Notes under the pieces: generated by a model | What the model was told of the DNA's origin: nothing | The model's database searches: none | What the model saw: only the letters and a program-made list of their open reading frames with translations | Made by a program: the position numbers and the translations under genes | Shown: piece by piece, positions 18,776-28,096 of the stretch | Position numbering within the stretch: position 1 is the first letter of the stretch | How the letters are laid out: the number at the start of each line of letters is the position of its first letter | NCBI GenBank assembly: GCA_963666215.2 | Contig: CAXWPL010000002.1 | Location: 576,001 to 640,000, forward strand | Source of the DNA: Acidobacteriota bacterium | GTDB lineage: Bacteria > Acidobacteriota > UBA890 > WLXD01 | Direction of reading: 5' to 3' | DNA length: 64,000 nucleotides

Positions 18776-21607
18776 TCAGCGGCCCTCCGGCGGCACGCCG
18801 TAGTAACCGGGCCTCACCTGGATGATGGCACCCGGGTGGCCGGGCAGCTGCACGCTGAGCTCGCGCCAACGTCCGTCCCAGCTCTGGTTCAGCGGTGAGA
18901 AGGAAAGCGCGTACTGGCCGCGTAGCTCTTGTGCGATAGCGGCGTAGATTTCCTCGAGCTCCTCGAGATTGAGCGGGAAGTAGGCGGCGCCGCCCGTGGT
19001 CTCGGCCATCGAACGCAGCTGATCGACGCCGCGCTTGACGGCACCGCTGGCATCGCCGTACTCGGTGCCCTCGTGCATGAGCTGCAGGCCGATCGAGTAG
19101 ATCAGCACATCCGACTGACGGGCATACTCCACAACGTCCTCGTAGGCGAAGCTGCTCTCCGTGTCGAGGCCATCGGAAAGGACGATAAGTGCCCGCTTGC
19201 CGCTGGCTCGGTTGGCCTTGCGCAGCGACTGCGCCAAGGCGTCGAACAGCGCCGTGCCACCGTCTGGCAGTGCCGCCTCGATGGCCGGTTCGAGCGCCGT
19301 CGGGTCGTTATTGAAGTCGGAGTAGAGATGCAACCGACTGTTGAATCCCAGCACCATCGCGCGATTGGCGCCTAGCTCGCCCTCTCCTGCTGCCGATTCG
19401 TCGGCGCTGAGCAGCGCATCAACCAGGCGCTTGGCACCGGCGCGCTCGGCACGGATGCCACCGCCAATCATGCTGCTACTGGTGTCGAGCAGCAGGATGG
19501 CGGACACCGGAATCTCGCCGTAGTCGACTTGCGTCAGGGTCTGCCGAGCTCCGTCTTCGAAGACAGAAAAGTCCTCTGCTCGCAGGCCGCGCACCAGTCC
19601 GCCGCCGGAGGCACGCACGGTCGCATGCAGTGTCACCAGGTCGACCGTCGCCCCGAATCCCAGGCCACTTCGATTCAGCACGACGTCGTCGCTGGCCACG
19701 CCACCGCCCGATACCGCAACGGCTCGAATCACGAACACCCGCTCTTCGTCGGGGTAGCTCCATCGCACTTTGTAGGGCGCGACCATGGCGGCGCCAATAC
19801 GGCGATCGTTGACGTAGAAATCCACCCGCTGGGGCTCACCTCCGGTGACCAACGCCTCGAGCTCGACGTCGCCGATCGGCACACTGCCCTCGCGTGGCGA
19901 CAGCAGCTCCAGGTCCAGCGTGTCGGCGCCGACCGGGTTCGGCGCCGCGGCATCAGAGGAATCGATGGATGGGCTCTGTCCGTCGGTTTCGGTCGCACCC
20001 GTGGCGCTCTCAGGGTCGAGCGCCGCGGTCGTCACGGTGATCTCCGGTGGTGTGGTGTTCAATCCTCGGCGCGCTCGTCGCGGGGCCTCCGGTGCGTCAC
20101 GCAGCACAACGTACGTGTTGAGTGCCTCGGGATCGTGCGACACCAGGCGTTCGGTAAGCGTGGCCGCGTCGGGTGCGCGCCAGTACCGTGCCGCGACCGT
20201 GGAGCGATTGGTGCCGCGATTGGGGTACGCGAGCACCTCGTGCAACACCCGTCGCTCACGCGGACCCAAATTGAAGAAATAGGCGCGCTGGGTGCGTTCC
20301 GGGCGGTTGGCCCACTCGGCGCTGACGAGCAGCCCCATGCCGGTGGGCTCGTCGACGAGATTGGCCACGGCCACCGAGAACTTCTCCACCCGTTGACCCG
20401 CCGCGTCGAGCTCGATCGTGCCATCGAACTGCAGCTCGCCAATCCGAATGACATCGTCGAACTCGAAGAAGCGCCGGATGCGACTGGCGTCGCCGAAGCC
20501 ACGCCGGTTGTTTGCCCTGTTGACGTCGGGCAGCAGTCCCTCCGGGTCGAGTCGAATCTCACTCAACTGGCCGGCCTCACACGCCAGGTCGGCCTCGAAG
20601 TCTTGGCGTTCGCCACCGGCAGGCAACTGGGTCGTGTAGGTAAGGCCGTCGCGGCAGCGGATCTCGAGGACGACGGGCGTCGAGATGCCGCCACGACGTC
20701 GGAGCTGGCCACTCAGCGAGCCGCCGTCGTCCGCGATGTCGAGCTCGTTGACCGAGATGTCGAACGAGGGCGTCGAATCGAGCCAAGAGCTCAGCAGCTC
20801 CGACGCCCCCGAGCCCAGCGCGCCGAGCAGCGCGTCGAGGCCGTCACCGTCACTCGAGGCCGCCAGAGCCGCGATGGCGTTGGATACTACGTCGGCGCCA
20901 TAGGCAGCTTCGAAGAGCTTGAAGGTGGCGTAGGCTTTCCCCCGCGCCGGGTCGTCGGCGGCGGAAGCATCGTTCGCCAGCACAATCCTGTCGCCGCGCT
21001 GCGCAGCACGGACGAAGGTGCCCTCGAGCCCATAGAGGATCGGCGATGTGCTGTGGGCGTCGCGGGCCAGGCGGTCGGTCAAGTAGAGGGCCGCTCCGTC
21101 AATCCACCAACCTCCCGCTTCGGCGCCTGCCTGCGACCGTGCTGGCCCAGCCAGCAGCGCGATCTTGGCAACCGCGTACTGAGCGAGCCAGCGCGTGTAG
21201 CCGAAGGCGTAGCCGTTGCCGAAGTTCTCGGCAATCTGTGGCAACAACGCGTCGACCACAACGACTGGGCCAGGCTCGATTCCCAGCCGGGTCGTCAAAC
21301 CTGTGGCGCCGGCTACGGGCTGCCAGCGAACTACACCCGCTGGAAGCCGAGTGCCTGCGAGCAGTCCCGAGATACTCGATGCCGCAGAATCGGCCTCCGT
21401 GGCCAAGCGTGTGCCCCAATCTCGCCATGGCTCAGGAAACTGGACCCTGATCGGAGCGGAGCTCAGGCGCAGCTCAGCGAGTTGGGCGGACGCCACAGCA
21501 GAGGGTGGAGACCCAACGACGGCGGCCGACGACGCTGCCGACAAGACCACCCATACGGCAAAGAGGCCAGCGAGCTTCCGCCCGCCGGCCAGGGAATTGC
21601 TCTTCAT
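18776..21607 (-). CDS. Secreted multidomain protein: degenerate M1-peptidase-like region, Ig-like domain and acidobacterial-type VWA domain
   Basis: VWA: LVTLHATV, DFSVFEDG, MIDAS DTSSS, GGTALFD, LSDG, AETTGG, ELRGQY, RPGYY. Ig-like: RVDFYVNDRRIG...APY. Confidence 0.8.
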   Translation of the reverse strand: MKSNSLAGGRKLAGLFAVWVVLSAASSAAVVGSPPSAVASAQLAELRLSSAPIRVQFPEPWRDWGTRLATEADSAASSISGLLAGTRLPAGVVRWQPVAGATGLTTRLGIEPGPVVVVDALLPQIAENFGNGYAFGYTRWLAQYAVAKIALLAGPARSQAGAEAGGWWIDGAALYLTDRLARDAHSTSPILYGLEGTFVRAAQRGDRIVLANDASAADDPARGKAYATFKLFEAAYGADVVSNAIAALAASSDGDGLDALLGALGSGASELLSSWLDSTPSFDISVNELDIADDGGSLSGQLRRRGGISTPVVLEIRCRDGLTYTTQLPAGGERQDFEADLACEAGQLSEIRLDPEGLLPDVNRANNRRGFGDASRIRRFFEFDDVIRIGELQFDGTIELDAAGQRVEKFSVAVANLVDEPTGMGLLVSAEWANRPERTQRAYFFNLGPRERRVLHEVLAYPNRGTNRSTVAARYWRAPDAATLTERLVSHDPEALNTYVVLRDAPEAPRRARRGLNTTPPEITVTTAALDPESATGATETDGQSPSIDSSDAAAPNPVGADTLDLELLSPREGSVPIGDVELEALVTGGEPQRVDFYVNDRRIGAAMVAPYKVRWSYPDEERVFVIRAVAVSGGGVASDDVVLNRSGLGFGATVDLVTLHATVRASGGGLVRGLRAEDFSVFEDGARQTLTQVDYGEIPVSAILLLDTSSSMIGGGIRAERAGAKRLVDALLSADESAAGEGELGANRAMVLGFNSRLHLYSDFNNDPTALEPAIEAALPDGGTALFDALAQSLRKANRASGKRALIVLSDGLDTESSFAYEDVVEYARQSDVLIYSIGLQLMHEGTEYGDASGAVKRGVDQLRSMAETTGGAAYFPLNLEELEEIYAAIAQELRGQYALSFSPLNQSWDGRWRELSVQLPGHPGAIIQVRPGYYGVPPEGR

Positions 21608-21789
21608 AGTTGCCGAGTATAGCACCAGCCCTAGCCGCGAATCCCGGTTGTCGAGTCCCGGCCGCCATGCTAGGATTCGGCAACATCAAGCAACGTAAGA
21701 TACTGCAAACAAACGACTTATGTTCGACATCGAAATCCGCTCTCGACCTCGAGATGGTGTGACTCACGCACACGTGAGTGCGCATAACG

Positions 21790-23112
21790 ATGTCTGACGG
21801 GACGGCCTCTGGAGGCGAGCGCTTCGAGGTGGTCGTGGTCGGCGCCGGTCCGGCAGGAAGCGCCGCAGCGCTAACCTTGGCGCGCGCCGGGGTCGAAGTT
21901 CTGGTTCTCGAGCGGGGCGATTATCCGGGCGCCAAGAACCTGTTTGGCGGCATCCTCTACACCAGCGTGCTCAACGAGCTGCTACCGGAATTCTGGGCGG
22001 GGGCTCCCATCGAGCGTCACATCATCAACCGACGCTGGGCGACCCTCGACGACGACAGCCAGGTCGCACTCGACCTCAAGAGCGCGCACTTCGATGTGCC
22101 GCCGTTCAACAACACCTTCACGGCGCTGCGCGCGAAGTTCGATCGCTGGTTCGCCGAGCAAGCCGAGGAAGCCGGCGCGATGGTGATTCCCGAGACCAAC
22201 GTGGAGGGCTTGCTGACGCAGGGCAATCGCATCACCGGCGTGCGCACCGGCCGCGAAGACGGCGACGTCGAAGCCGACTGCGTGATCCTTGCCGAGGGCG
22301 CCAACGCCCTGCTTGCCGAAGCCGCCGGTCTGCGTCCGCTGATGGACGGCACCAATCGTGTCAGCGCCGTGAAAGAGGTCATTGCGCTGCCTGCGGAGAT
22401 CATCGATGACCGCTTCCATCTCGAGGGCGACCAGGGAGCCGGGATCGAGTACTTCGGCGGCGCGGTGGACGGCATGGTGGGCTCGGCTTTCATTTACACG
22501 AACCGTGACAGCCTGTCGGTCGGGGTCGGCTGCCTGATCGACGACCTGATCCGCACGCGGACCGCTCCCTACGAGCTGCTCGATCGTTTCAAGGCCCACC
22601 CGATGGTGGCCCCACTGCTGCGCGGCGGAGAGACGGTGGAGTACGCCACCAAGATGATCCCGGAGGATTCCTACAGCTCGCTCTCAGATCTCTACGCCGA
22701 CGGAGTGATGCTGGTAGGAGACTGTGCTGGCTTGGTCAATCCGTCGATCCACCACGAGGGCACCAACCTGGCCATGGCCTCGGGCGTGATGGCGGCCGAG
22801 GCTGTGATCGAGGCGCGCAAGAGCGGCGACTTCTCGGCGACGAAATTGCGGCTCTACCGCGAGAAGCTCGAGGAATCGTGGGTCATGAAGGACCTCAAGC
22901 GCTATCGCGACACCGTTCACTTCCTCCTCGACAATCGCGAGTTCGTTGACGACTATCCGAAGTTGACGGTGAAGCTCATCCGCCGCTACTTCACGATCGA
23001 CGACACGCCGAAGGACGAAGTCCTCACCGAACTGTGGCGTACGATTCGCAGCGAAGTGAGCTTCTTGAAAGCAGCCCGGCAGATGTGGCGGGCGCGCAAG
23101 ACAATGCTCTAG
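21790..23112 (+). CDS. fixC: FixC-like FAD-dependent oxidoreductase (ETF:quinone oxidoreductase)
   Basis: GAGPAG, ERGDYPGAKNLFGG, LRAKFDRW, FIYTNRDSLSVG, VGDCAG, EGTNLAMASG. Confidence 0.9.
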   Translation: MSDGTASGGERFEVVVVGAGPAGSAAALTLARAGVEVLVLERGDYPGAKNLFGGILYTSVLNELLPEFWAGAPIERHIINRRWATLDDDSQVALDLKSAHFDVPPFNNTFTALRAKFDRWFAEQAEEAGAMVIPETNVEGLLTQGNRITGVRTGREDGDVEADCVILAEGANALLAEAAGLRPLMDGTNRVSAVKEVIALPAEIIDDRFHLEGDQGAGIEYFGGAVDGMVGSAFIYTNRDSLSVGVGCLIDDLIRTRTAPYELLDRFKAHPMVAPLLRGGETVEYATKMIPEDSYSSLSDLYADGVMLVGDCAGLVNPSIHHEGTNLAMASGVMAAEAVIEARKSGDFSATKLRLYREKLEESWVMKDLKRYRDTVHFLLDNREFVDDYPKLTVKLIRRYFTIDDTPKDEVLTELWRTIRSEVSFLKAARQMWRARKTML

Positions 23113-23131
23113 CCTTCTAGGACGCAGCAGA

Positions 23132-23443
23132 ATGGGAATTGACATCAAACGCTACCTCGAGCCCCACAAGAGCCCGACGATGTCGGAGAGGCTCGACATG
23201 GTGAAGCGGCGCTTTGCCGACACCAGTCACATCGAGGTCGACCAGGAGGCTTTCCGCGCCGATGCCGAGCGCGCGGTGCTCTTCCTCTGTCCGGCGCAGG
23301 TGTTCAAGCTCAACGAGCAAGACCAGACCTGCATCGTCAACTACGAAGACTGCCTCGAGTGCGGCACCTGCCAGGTTGGACGGCGCTACACGAAGTGGCG
23401 CAATCCGCGGGGCGGCTACGGCGTCACCTACCACTACGGCTAG
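23132..23443 (+). CDS. fixX: FixX-like ferredoxin
   Basis: CPAQV...CLECGTC...WRNPRGGYGVTYHYG. Confidence 0.88.
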   Translation: MGIDIKRYLEPHKSPTMSERLDMVKRRFADTSHIEVDQEAFRADAERAVLFLCPAQVFKLNEQDQTCIVNYEDCLECGTCQVGRRYTKWRNPRGGYGVTYHYG

Positions 23444-23838
23444 CTGCGTCGGACGAAGACTCGGTAGAAGCGCGCCTCTTTCAGCAGCCCGAGGTACTCG
23501 TTTCGCGTGCTGATGCACCAGGCCGGGATGTCGAGCTCGACCCCGGCGTCGTCGGCCAGCAGCATTGCAGTCTCCCCCGCCCGCATGTCTCGCATGTGGC
23601 TCTGCACACGGATTACGGGCTCCGGGCAGAACGTGCCGCGCGCCTCGATGACAACGTCGGCTTGGGCGGCGAGCCTTTCGAGCTGCGCAGGAAGCTCGCT
23701 GCCGTGGACCTGACGATGGAAGAGCTCGTGACGCCTGTGTCGGTCGCCGCCTGAGTCCTCCCGATTCGATGCGCCGGTGCTGGTATCGGGTTCGCTGTCG
23801 CGCGGGTCGCGACGCGAGTCGCTAGATGCGCAGCTCAT
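23440..23838 (-). CDS. TusA/SirA family sulfurtransferase (start uncertain)
   Basis: IEARGTFCPEPVI...LLADDAG...DIPAWC motif. Confidence 0.8.
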   Translation of the reverse strand: MSCASSDSRRDPRDSEPDTSTGASNREDSGGDRHRRHELFHRQVHGSELPAQLERLAAQADVVIEARGTFCPEPVIRVQSHMRDMRAGETAMLLADDAGVELDIPAWCISTRNEYLGLLKEARFYRVFVRRS

Positions 23839-24964
23839 CGAGAAGCGTGTCTTGGCGCACCGGCTCAACCAGCAGTTGCCCGTCTTGGGTCCCCAACGAC
23901 CATTTGACCGGAACCTGCGGCTCATCTCGTCCCGCCGAGTAGCGCGCCGTGATGCGGCACGCTAGCTCCAGGTCGGCGGCTGTCGCTACACCCTCCACCA
24001 GGGTCAACGGCGAGCTGAACGCGTCGGTCCAGACGCTACCGCGCCCGTCGCGGAAACGCTCCAGATAATCGTTCTCGCTCTCGTGGCGCCCGACGATGAT
24101 CTTGACGTCGTCACTCAGGCGAAAGTGGCGTCCCACCTTGAGCAGCATCATGTCGTCGGGATCGACGTCATTGCCACGGTGCGCCAACAGGTCGCGTAGC
24201 TTGCCCGCGAAGTTCTGGTCGGGAAGGAAGCAACAACCCCCCGCAGGCTGTGGATAGTCGATCACACCCAGCTCTTCGGCCAGCCGCATTTGCACTTGCC
24301 GAGACCGTCCAGCGATGTTGTAGAGCTGTTCGCGATCAATCCAGCCCTCGGTCTCCGGTTTCGTCGGCAGCAACAGCTTGGCTGACAGCGGTCGCAGGAG
24401 CAGACCCTCGAGCCCCGAGTCGCGCTCCACCCACTGCAGTGGCGGCCGCCGCTGGCTCATCGGTCGCTGCCCGAGGACCTCGCCGGTGAAAATGAAATGG
24501 TAGCCGCGCTCCTCCATGATCTTCTTGGCCCGTCCGAGCATGAAGATGCGGCAGTCAATGCACGGGTTCATGCCCGAGCCGTAGCCGTACTTCGGGTGGA
24601 GCACGACCTCGCCGAGATAATCGTCCTTGATATCGACGATCTCGACCGGAATCTCGAGGCGTGAACCGGCGTGCAGCGCGTCGTTGCGATAGGGCTTCTT
24701 CGAGTTGGCGTTGCCGATCAACCGGTGGCGGTCGGCAACACAGAATCCGGTCGAGAAGTGCAGCCCGAGCACTTCGACGCCCTGCTCCTGCATGATTCGT
24801 GCGGCGAGGGTCGAGTCGAGCCCCCCGGACATAAGGCCGATAGCGCGAACAGGTGACGTTGGCATAGGAGCCGCTGACTCGGGCCGCGCGCCCATGAGCG
24901 CGGCCGGTTCGGCGCTGATGGGATCGGCATCGGGATCGGGATCGGGAACGGGCAAGTCGCGCAC
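23822..24964 (-). CDS. PP-loop tRNA thiolation enzyme (ThiI/MnmA-like with DUF814-type C-terminus)
   Basis: SGGLDS, PKYGYGSGMNPCIDCR, TGEVLGQRPMSQ, LLRPLSAK, PAGGCC, KVGRHFRL. Start may be 24865. Confidence 0.82.
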   Translation of the reverse strand: MRDLPVPDPDPDADPISAEPAALMGARPESAAPMPTSPVRAIGLMSGGLDSTLAARIMQEQGVEVLGLHFSTGFCVADRHRLIGNANSKKPYRNDALHAGSRLEIPVEIVDIKDDYLGEVVLHPKYGYGSGMNPCIDCRIFMLGRAKKIMEERGYHFIFTGEVLGQRPMSQRRPPLQWVERDSGLEGLLLRPLSAKLLLPTKPETEGWIDREQLYNIAGRSRQVQMRLAEELGVIDYPQPAGGCCFLPDQNFAGKLRDLLAHRGNDVDPDDMMLLKVGRHFRLSDDVKIIVGRHESENDYLERFRDGRGSVWTDAFSSPLTLVEGVATAADLELACRITARYSAGRDEPQVPVKWSLGTQDGQLLVEPVRQDTLLDELRI

Positions 24965-25079
24965 AATCTACCAGAGCCGCGAATTCGCAGAGGTCTCGAC
25001 CATCTCCGGAGCGTCCGCGCAGACGATGTCCGAATCGAGCAACGCAGCAACCCGCCGCGCTCCGGTCCTCCCCTCGAGT

Positions 25080-26366
25080 CTAGGGATTCTGATTCGCCTC
25101 GGAATCCAGCAGGCGGTGTCGGCGAAGAATGTCGAGGGTCGCCTCGAGTGGTAGGGCTTCGACGGTGCCACGGTGCCCGGCGGTGCGCCGGGCCGCGAAC
25201 AGACTGTTGTAGATCGCCTCTTCTGCGGCCTCGACTGCCGCGTAGAACACCGGCGAAGAGGCGTCGTTCGACAAAGGCATCTGCGACCGCAGGTTGACTC
25301 GCGGTCCTGCGGAACTGGCTGTTCCCGCGATCGCACCTGCGTCGGCGCCGGTGCGCAAGCCCGTATGAGTCGAAAACGCGATGACGTAGTCACCGCTGCC
25401 GTTCGAGCCCGAAGCGCCTGTCCGTGCCATCCCCATGAAGGCGCGCAGCGCCAGTCGTTCCAGGTTGCGGGCGTCGAGAGGTGCGTCGGTGGCAACGACG
25501 ATCATGCACGATCCGTCGGCGCTTGCGGACTGAAGTTCGTCAACATCGGCATCGCCGTCGGCGGGCGGCTCCGCGCTGACGTCACTGCGCAAGTAGTACT
25601 GCCCGAGCTCGACTCCGACCGGGGCCCCGGCGATGCGCAGCACGCCACCGAAGTTGGTCTGCACCAGAACTCCAACCGTCCAGCCCCCGAGCGACTCCGG
25701 TAGTCTTCTAGAGGCCGCGCCAATCCCGCCCTTGAAACCGAATGCGATGGTTCCGGTTCCCGCGCCAACGGCACCCTCCGCGACCGGACCTCCGGCTGCC
25801 GACTCGATTGCTGCTCGCACGTGCTCGGGTCCAATCGGCCGAGATCGGATGTCGCTCAGATAGCCGTCGTTCGTTTCTCCTACAACTGGATTGATGGATC
25901 GAACCTGCAGGTTCCCAGGTAAGCTGAGCATGTACGAGATCAACGCGTCGGCAGCGCGCGGGACACTCAGGGTCCCGGTCAACAGAATCGGGGTCTCGAG
26001 CGTGCCGAGCTCCTGCACCTGGCTGATTCCGGTAAGCTGGCCGAAGCCGTTCGCCACGAAGATCGCCGCCGGGACCTTGGCACGGAAAAGATTGCCGCCG
26101 TGAGGCAGGATGGCAGTGACCCCCGTTCGAATCGAGCTCCCCTGCTCGAGGGTAGCGTGCCCGACCCGCACATCGTCGACGTCCGTGATCGCGTTCAGAG
26201 GTCCGGGCTCCAAGATCCCCACTCGGATCCCGAGCTCGCGGGTCCTTGCCCTCGGCGCCGGGCTTTCCTGACGCTGCTGAGCGGCCGAGGCGGTCGGAGC
26301 GGGGAAAGTCCAGGCGGGCGTCGCCAACAGCAGTCCGAGCGCCGTCAAGGTTGCTTGGAATCTCAC
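25080..26366 (-). CDS. P1/S58 family (DmpA-like) aminopeptidase with signal peptide
   Basis: NAITDV, TGVTAI, ETNDGYLSD, GAVGAGTG, KGGIG, G-S cleavage motif DGSCMIVVATDAPL, GSGD. Confidence 0.9.
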   Translation of the reverse strand: MRFQATLTALGLLLATPAWTFPAPTASAAQQRQESPAPRARTRELGIRVGILEPGPLNAITDVDDVRVGHATLEQGSSIRTGVTAILPHGGNLFRAKVPAAIFVANGFGQLTGISQVQELGTLETPILLTGTLSVPRAADALISYMLSLPGNLQVRSINPVVGETNDGYLSDIRSRPIGPEHVRAAIESAAGGPVAEGAVGAGTGTIAFGFKGGIGAASRRLPESLGGWTVGVLVQTNFGGVLRIAGAPVGVELGQYYLRSDVSAEPPADGDADVDELQSASADGSCMIVVATDAPLDARNLERLALRAFMGMARTGASGSNGSGDYVIAFSTHTGLRTGADAGAIAGTASSAGPRVNLRSQMPLSNDASSPVFYAAVEAAEEAIYNSLFAARRTAGHRGTVEALPLEATLDILRRHRLLDSEANQNP

Positions 26367-27094
26367 GACAGCCCCACTGACCGACGCAACGTATCTACCG
26401 AAAAAGAAAGTTGTCCGCGACGCACCCTCTCCTCCTCCACTTTCTGCAGTCGGTCCAACATCTCGAGCAGCCTACCTTGCAGCTCCGGCCGTGCCGCCGC
26501 CTCGCGCGGCGTTAGGCCGTCCAGCCGCGGCTGCGGAGTGACCGCCCACTGTTGCTCGTAACGAGCGTACACTTCGCGCAGGATCTCCTCGCGCTGCGCA
26601 GGGCTGTAGCTGTCCGGGTCGTCCCGTCCGCCCGGAGGTGGGCGCGGCGCGTAGGCGGTGAGCTCATCACCAGCGGCCACCCGCGCCCGTGCGGCCGGCC
26701 TCAGGCGCTCGTCGAGCAGTCGCCAGCCGCGCGCCAGCTGGTCGCCAGACGCGGCCTCGAGCACCAAGCGCGTGGGGTGCAGGCGGATGAGAAACGGTGC
26801 TCCCTCCCTCGGGCGGGCACGGTCCGGCTCCCACAGAAACCAGTGCACTCCGACTCGACTCCGGACAACGCCATCTCCGCTCCACGACCCCTCCGCCAGG
26901 TCGCCGGAAGGTTCGATCGCCTCCGCCAACACCCTGAGCCGGCGCGCCGTCTCCGCCCCGTCCACGATCTCGAAGAACGCGCGGCAGAAGCGCAGTACCT
27001 GCTGAGCGCGCGCAGGTGTCGCCTGCCGTGTCGACCGCTCTCTGGCCTTACCAGGAGCAGGAGCGTCACCAACTGACTTAGATGCCTTCTCCAT
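26363..27094 (-). CDS. Hypothetical protein with a C-terminal Xre/MbcA/ParS-like (DUF2384-like) motif
   Basis: C-terminal WAVTPQPRLDGLTPREAA...LLEML...LRRSVGL. Confidence 0.5.
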   Translation of the reverse strand: MEKASKSVGDAPAPGKARERSTRQATPARAQQVLRFCRAFFEIVDGAETARRLRVLAEAIEPSGDLAEGSWSGDGVVRSRVGVHWFLWEPDRARPREGAPFLIRLHPTRLVLEAASGDQLARGWRLLDERLRPAARARVAAGDELTAYAPRPPPGGRDDPDSYSPAQREEILREVYARYEQQWAVTPQPRLDGLTPREAAARPELQGRLLEMLDRLQKVEEERVRRGQLSFSVDTLRRSVGLS

Positions 27095-27774
27095 ATGGCG
27101 AAGCAGTATAGGCCTCAGAATCCGATCTGTGAGCCAACGTGGGGCATCTTTCGTTCTTCCGCTGAGCTACCGCTTTCGTCATGCAAGGCGGCGGAATTCT
27201 CCCCACGCCGCTCCATGACAGCACCACACTGTTCTCCCGCGGCCTCTAGACCTTCCTTTGAACAACACCGGACCTCAAGCCCGTGAGACCGCAAGGCGCA
27301 ATCCGGCGATCACGGCTGATTCCCGCAGGCCTATCCAGATCTTTTCCACAACCGCGGAGTCCACCTGCCACGCCAGGCGGAATCCGGAGACACGCTCGTA
27401 ACCGCTGTGCCCTCAGTCGATTAGCCACGACCGCGTGCCTACTTCGCGCTCGAAGCGCCGGCGATTTGCACCAGCCGTCCACAGTACTTTCACCACGCGG
27501 CAGCGGCAGTCGCACTCGTGCGGGCTGTCCGACCTCAGGCGATGTGCGTGCGCAACCCAATCGCAGCCTCGACGGTGCGGGGTATCGGGTGATCGGCGCA
27601 ACAACCCGCACACTCACCGAGCTCACGGAACTGGCCGACGACCAGCGACCCATTAGCTCGTCGACGTCTTCGTGCTCGATTCGGCGCAACGCATCTTGTG
27701 CCACCACTCGCCGGGAATTCGGGTCTTCGACAGGCCGCGATCGAGCCGCGAACTTCAAGTAACGGTTCGATTCT

Positions 27775-27790
27775 TGTCGGCGTGCCGACA
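27775..27790. promoter_or_regulatory. 16-bp near-palindrome TGTCGGCGTGCCGACA (candidate parS-like site 1)
   Basis: Read directly; matches the site at 28016-28031 at 15/16 positions. Confidence 0.55.
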
Positions 27791-28015
27791 TCCAACGACC
27801 GTCGCGTTGGTGCTGAATGGAGTCTGGGGCAATTAGAACAACTCGTCGGATTGGCGGAGCAGGACCTCGGGGCGTTGGAGGTGCTGAAATCCACTCCATC
27901 CCACGAGGGCGACGAGACCTACGAATCGCCCGACTCCAGCGCATATCGCGCGGCGACCAGCGGCGATCGCGTACCATTCAACGGACCCGGCGCGCTTGCC
28001 GACTCTAAAGCAGAT

Positions 28016-28031
28016 TGTCGGCGCGCCGACA
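28016..28031. promoter_or_regulatory. Perfect 16-bp palindrome TGTCGGCGCGCCGACA (candidate parS-like site 2)
   Basis: Read directly; lies about 65 bp downstream of the parB stop. Confidence 0.55.
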
Positions 28032-28096
28032 GAAGCTGACCTGATACATGCGTTTCCGAAGCGGCGCCTCATCAGGGCCGCTCGTCGGCTACGCTT

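Noticed and set aside
19529-21622. 697-aa plus-strand ORF
   Set aside because: Antisense shadow of the VWA gene, typical of high-GC codon bias.
27152-27174. tRNA-like 5'/D-arm sequence on the minus strand (GCGGTAGCTCAGCGGAAGAACG)
   Set aside because: No anticodon arm, T-loop GTTCGA or acceptor stem follows, so it is not a tRNA.
27246-27977. 243-aa minus-strand ORF downstream of parB
   Set aside because: Arg/Ser/Pro-rich with no recognisable motif; looks like a chance ORF in GC-rich DNA.
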